Positions 60,011 through 64,000 of a DNA stretch of 64,000 nt are shown one piece after another. Numbering within the stretch: position 1 is the first letter of the stretch; each line of letters opens with the position of its first letter. Source of the DNA: Vicugna vicugna (taxonomy: Eukaryota); assembly GCA_013265495.1 (NCBI GenBank), contig MU060965.1:310001-374000 (forward strand). Reading direction: 5' to 3'. The notes beneath the pieces are model-generated. The model made no database searches, was not told the origin of the DNA, and saw nothing but the letters and a program-made list of their open reading frames with translations. The translations under genes and the position numbers were made by a program.

Positions 60011-60714
60011 GAGCTGACGGCTCCTCAGCAGACACCAGGGTCACCCAACCCAGGTGCCTGCCCCGTCACTGTTAATGTATCCCGCCCCAGAACAGCAGGG
60101 TAAAGGAGGGTTCCTCTGAGAACGCAGGGAACAGGACCGAGAGGTCACTGGAGAAACAGGAGAACGTGGAACTTAGACCAGTCCAGGTTAGTGCACTAGC
60201 GTGTGGAGGTCTGAGCACTGGTAAATCACTCAGCAGCAAGTTTCACCCCGCCTCCACTTATCCTGTGCCCAGACTATCCTGAGCATCCACACTGGTCACT
60301 GCTCAAGGCAAGGGCAATGCCCTCCCACTCCCCAGAACCAAGTGGAAATAGGTGTGGGCAAGAGAATTGTAAAAGAGATATAAACATATGTAAAAGACGT
60401 AAGATATAAATGTGTAAAAGATATGAAGAGTATAAAATTCTAGAGTCTATATTCAAATTGGTTCTCAAATGTCTATGTTCTTGTTCAACTTTAAACTGAT
60501 ACTGAAAACTGTTAACTCTGCAAAGATAAGGCCAAGGTAGACCTATCCTTAAAAAAAGATCTTAGGCCTCAATCAAAAGACTGCAAATGAATATATGTTT
60601 GTATGCTTTTAGTTAAAACAAAAGCATGTACGTGGTTTTTCATGATTCCCGTTTAAACCAACTTTCTCAATTATTCGAACTAATACTTCCAACCACGTTG
60701 GACTATATTCAGTT

Positions 60715-60930
60715 GCCAGCAGACACCTCCAACTCAACACGTCCAAACTACATTTATTTTTCCCTCCAAATCTGTTCTGCTCTTCTGCTGCCCAAGCTAG
60801 AAACCTGGGAATCGTTCCGGACTCCTCCTCGTCCCCCAACCGCACATTCTCATTCACCAAGTCCTGGCAACGTCTCCTTCACATATTTAAAAAATCCACT
60901 CCCCCTTTTCATTATCCTTATTACCACGGT
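60715..60930 (+). mobile_element. L2 fragment
   Basis: CACCTCCAACTCAACACGTCCAAAC...CAAGCTAGAAACCTGGGAATC...CACCAAGTCCTG are L2 motifs. Confidence 0.75.
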
Positions 60931-61317
60931 TCCAGTTCTGCGAATTAGCCCAGCTCCGCAGAGAGACCACAAGCTCTGAATCCATGAGTGTCTGTGTTTG
61001 CGCTATGCGGCTGCGTTTTCAGGCAGTATGGACAAACCCTGAGAGACACACTTCCCGCCGAGCGCTACACAGAGCAGCTCGCAGCGGGACCACCTGCTCC
61101 CTCCCCTCCTACCTCCACCCGTCCGCCCCCCTCCCGTCCCCGCCCCTAAATCGAGCGGGCGGCCTCCGCGGCTCGGGGCCCCCCGGACACGCAGTGCGCC
61201 TGCTTCCCGTCTGGCGGTCGAGGGCTCCGGCGCAGCGGCGAACACACTCGCCCGGGCTCCCGCTCCGGACCGCTCCGGCCTGCACGCAAGGAAGCGGGAG
61301 GACAGCCCCAGCGTTAC

Positions 61318-61353
61318 CTGCTGCAGGTACTGGTTGATGGTGATGTGCGCCAT
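61318..61353 (-). CDS. PCID2: PCID2 exon 1
   Basis: 36 nt, MAHITINQYLQQ, |GTAACG. Confidence 0.96.
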
Positions 61354-61751
61354 GGCCGCGTCCGCCGCCGCCCCGCCGAGCTGCGCGCCCCGTCGCAGCC
61401 GGCGTCACGTCACTTCCGGGCCGCGGTCCGGCCCCGGCCCCGCGCCCCCGGCCCCGCCTTCCGCGCACGTTGGTTCCGGGGGCGGCGTGTACGCCGGAGC
61501 GCGAGCCCGGGGCCGGCATGGCGGCGCGCCCGGGCTGAGGAAGGCTAGGGGCTGCGCTGCGATTCCCCGCCCCCCTCACGAGGCCGCCTCGTCCGCACCC
61601 CCGGTGCCCGGGGCCACCGGCCCCTCGGCTGTTGCGTGTTCCACACGGACCGCGGCGGGCGCGGACTGCGGCGCCCGCGAGCTCGGGGCCGGGTCGGGCC
61701 GCGTCGGGTCGGGTCGGGGTCCGGCGCGCTCCCGAGGCCTGAGGCGCGGGG

Positions 61752-61769
61752 NNNNNNNNNNNNNNNNNN
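61752..61769. other. assembly gap (N run) in the CpG island
   Basis: 18 N. Confidence 0.99.
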
Positions 61770-61815
61770 CGGGCGGGCGGACGGGCGGGCGGGGCGCCGC
61801 GCTCCGGGCCGCGCC

Positions 61816-61969
61816 ATGGCCGACGAGACCCCCAGGAAGGGCAGCTTCTCGGCGCTCGTCGGGCACACCAACGGCCTCACCAAGCCCGCATCCCTCGCCG
61901 CGGCCGCCGTCACCTCCAAGCCCGGGGGCGGCGGCGGCTCCAAGAAGCTGGTGATCAAGAACTTCCGAG
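61816..61969 (+). CDS. CUL4A: CUL4A (cullin-4A) coding exon 1
   Basis: gccATGG, MADETPRKGSFSALVGHTNGLTKPASLAAAAVTSKPGGGGGSKKLVIKNFR, |gtgggt. Confidence 0.96.
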
Positions 61970-62612
61970 GTGGGTGCGGGGCCCGCGGGGGTGGGCGCGG
62001 GGCCTCTCCGCTCCGCGCGGGGTCGCGACCGCGCTGGTCCGCCGGCCGGCGCGGCCCCCCCTTCGCCGGGGCCGCCGGTCCGGTTGGGGTCAAGCGGGCC
62101 GCGTGATTCAGGTGTCTTGGTTCGCGCGGCCGGGCCGGGAAGCTCCCGCGACGTGATTTTGTTGCTTCCTGCGCGTCTCCCGGCCCTGCCGCTGTTAATG
62201 CCTCCAAGTAAGCGCCTTTGACGCGGACGTGGCCGTACAAGCCTGTTCTCCACCGCCCTCCCAACTGTGAATAATTTAAGTCAACTTTAAACGTGCAGAG
62301 CTTGACTGTCCGTGTTTACGGGTCTGTACAGTCCGCTTGTTAAGTGAAGATGCTGTGAGATTCGCGTAGCTTCTACATGTGCTTGTCCTGAGTATCAGTC
62401 CTAGGTGTGTACACATAGTAACGCCAAGATACTGACTGCACAGTTTCTGTTCTAAGCAATGTATAAATATGATACTTTGTATCGGGGAAACCTAATTTCT
62501 GTGTTCTTACCTGTGTGTCATCTAAGTACTTTTTTGTAGAATTTTTTTTTTTTTAAGATGTGTGACTCTTAGCATGGTTGCCTTTCCCCACGGACTCTAT
62601 CTGGATTTACAG

Positions 62613-62728
62613 ACAGACCTAAATTGCCTGATAACTACACCCAAGACACCTGGCAGAAGCTTCATGAGGCAGTGAAAGCCATACAGAGTAGCACCTCCAT
62701 CAGATACAACCTGGAAGAGCTGTACCAG
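62613..62728 (+). CDS. CUL4A: CUL4A coding exon 2; gene continues beyond the window
   Basis: 116 nt, [39 protein letters not shown], |gtaagg. Confidence 0.97.
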
Positions 62729-63734
62729 GTAAGGCTCCATCTACGGCGGGTGGTAGGGCTTGGTAGAACTCTCACTGAACTGTAAAGCAGTTTCTCAGAC
62801 AGGGAGACCCTCGAGAGGTGAGGAGGCCAGCATCCTGTCTTCCACTTTCCTGATTGCTTTTTATAGTTGTCTAAACAGCGTAATTATCCACATCCAGTGA
62901 AGTGTGACGCAGACATGGATTTCTTGGTCCTCCGTATTGTTTCGGAGCCAACAGTGCAGAAATAGTAGAAATCCAAATGCCTGCCTCCAGCAAGAGCAGT
63001 AGGAGTCCTCAGAGTCGGCAGGTGTTTCCAGGTTTTGGTGGTTGTGGGATTTTTATTTTCAGGCTTAAGCTGCCTGGGAAGTACTTAAAGTTAACCCGTT
63101 ACGGAAGAGGAGTGTTTCTAAGAGCCACATGACTCTTGTCATGTGCGAACGGGTTTTGTCATATTTAATTTAAAATAGTGATGTTCCTTGTCTAACAAGA
63201 AAAAATGGTCAAAAGTTTATTCGGGACATTCCAGTTACAAGCAGGTTGGTTTTTCTGATATCTTGTTTTTAAAGGACCACATTCTCTAACCAGTCTAATG
63301 TTGTCTACATTTTCGGTAACACTATGATAGCACAGTTTCTTTTCTTCCTTCTTTTTCGGTTTTACTAGGTAGAATTATCCCAGTTTGACTGCACACAAAC
63401 ATGTTGCGTGTAAATACACATACACAGTATACTGCACGTGTTTTTTTAGCTCACATGTATGTACTGATCATTGTTTCTAAGAACAGATTAGAGCTTTAGA
63501 TTTTTAAACTTACATAGCTGTATGACAGCGCAATTTCTATTACGAGACTTGAGGTTAAACTTTATATTCTGTTTACATGAGTGGTTACATTGTAAAATTC
63601 TGGAAACCACAGATAAATGCAAAGAAGAAAATTAAAGTCACCGATACTCCCACCACTGCCAAAGACTGCTACTGACGCTTGATGGCCGTACGTCCCTTCT
63701 TTGTCTTACGTTTGTGTGAGTTCGTTGCATTTTT

Positions 63735-64000
63735 TAAGTAGCTGTATTAAAGTGTGATTTGCATAGGATTTGTACTTCAGCAAGTCTTAGCAGATGTATA
63801 CAATTGTGTAACCACCACTGCGGTCAAGATGCAGTGTCTCCACCACCCCGTGAAGTTGCCTGCGGCCCCTCTGCATTCATTCGTCCCCTCTCTCCCCGTG
63901 CGTGGCAGTTGCTGACCGGCCCTGTGTGTTTGGCTCTTTCCAGGACCTTGTCTGAGTGGAGCTGTGTGCTTTGCAGTCTTCCATACCTGGCTTCTTCCAC
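63735..64000 (-). mobile_element. old L1MB-type 3' end
   Basis: GATGTATACAATTGTGTAACCACCACTGCGGTCAAGAT...CTGGCTTCTT is a typical antisense L1MB tail. Confidence 0.75.

Larger units (their letters stand above)
61000..62250. promoter_or_regulatory. bidirectional CpG-island promoter shared by PCID2 (-) and CUL4A (+)
   Basis: Start codons diverge ~460 nt apart (61353 and 61816); GC boxes, ETS-CRE motif at 61404-61419, (GGGTC)n G-runs. Confidence 0.9.

Overview
Eukaryotic (mammalian) genomic DNA: the GC-rich ortholog of the human 13q34 coagulation cluster. Gene order is the 3' end of MCF2L (+), complete F7 (+, 8 exons, 446 aa), F10 (+, 8 exons, 469 aa), PROZ (+, 8 exons, 420 aa as assembled), PCID2 (-, 14 exons, 399 aa) and the first two coding exons of CUL4A (+), which is head-to-head with PCID2 on a shared CpG island. 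All exon chains were reconstructed by hand from splice sites and reading frame, and each complete gene sums to a whole number of codons. Protein Z and factor X resemble the bovine proteins, so the source is an artiodactyl; a short L1 3' end in F10 intron 3 suggests a camelid (moderate confidence). Elements not evident from the ORF track: a full-length decayed KARS1 (lysyl-tRNA synthetase) retrocopy in F10 intron 2 whose 5' end sits in a CpG island; a U12-type AT-AC intron in PCID2; a frameshifted remnant of the bovine-type protein Z C-terminal extension; a 25-bp long-range inverted repeat upstream of F10 micro-exon 3; and old L1, L2, MIR, MLT1, Tigger, Charlie1 and MER53 fragments. No prokaryotic-type system, CRISPR array, tRNA or rRNA was seen, and I found no wholly new gene; the novelties are lineage-specific changes and candidate RNA/regulatory elements. 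All comparisons with human, bovine, mouse and repeat consensus sequences are from memory and need alignment to confirm.
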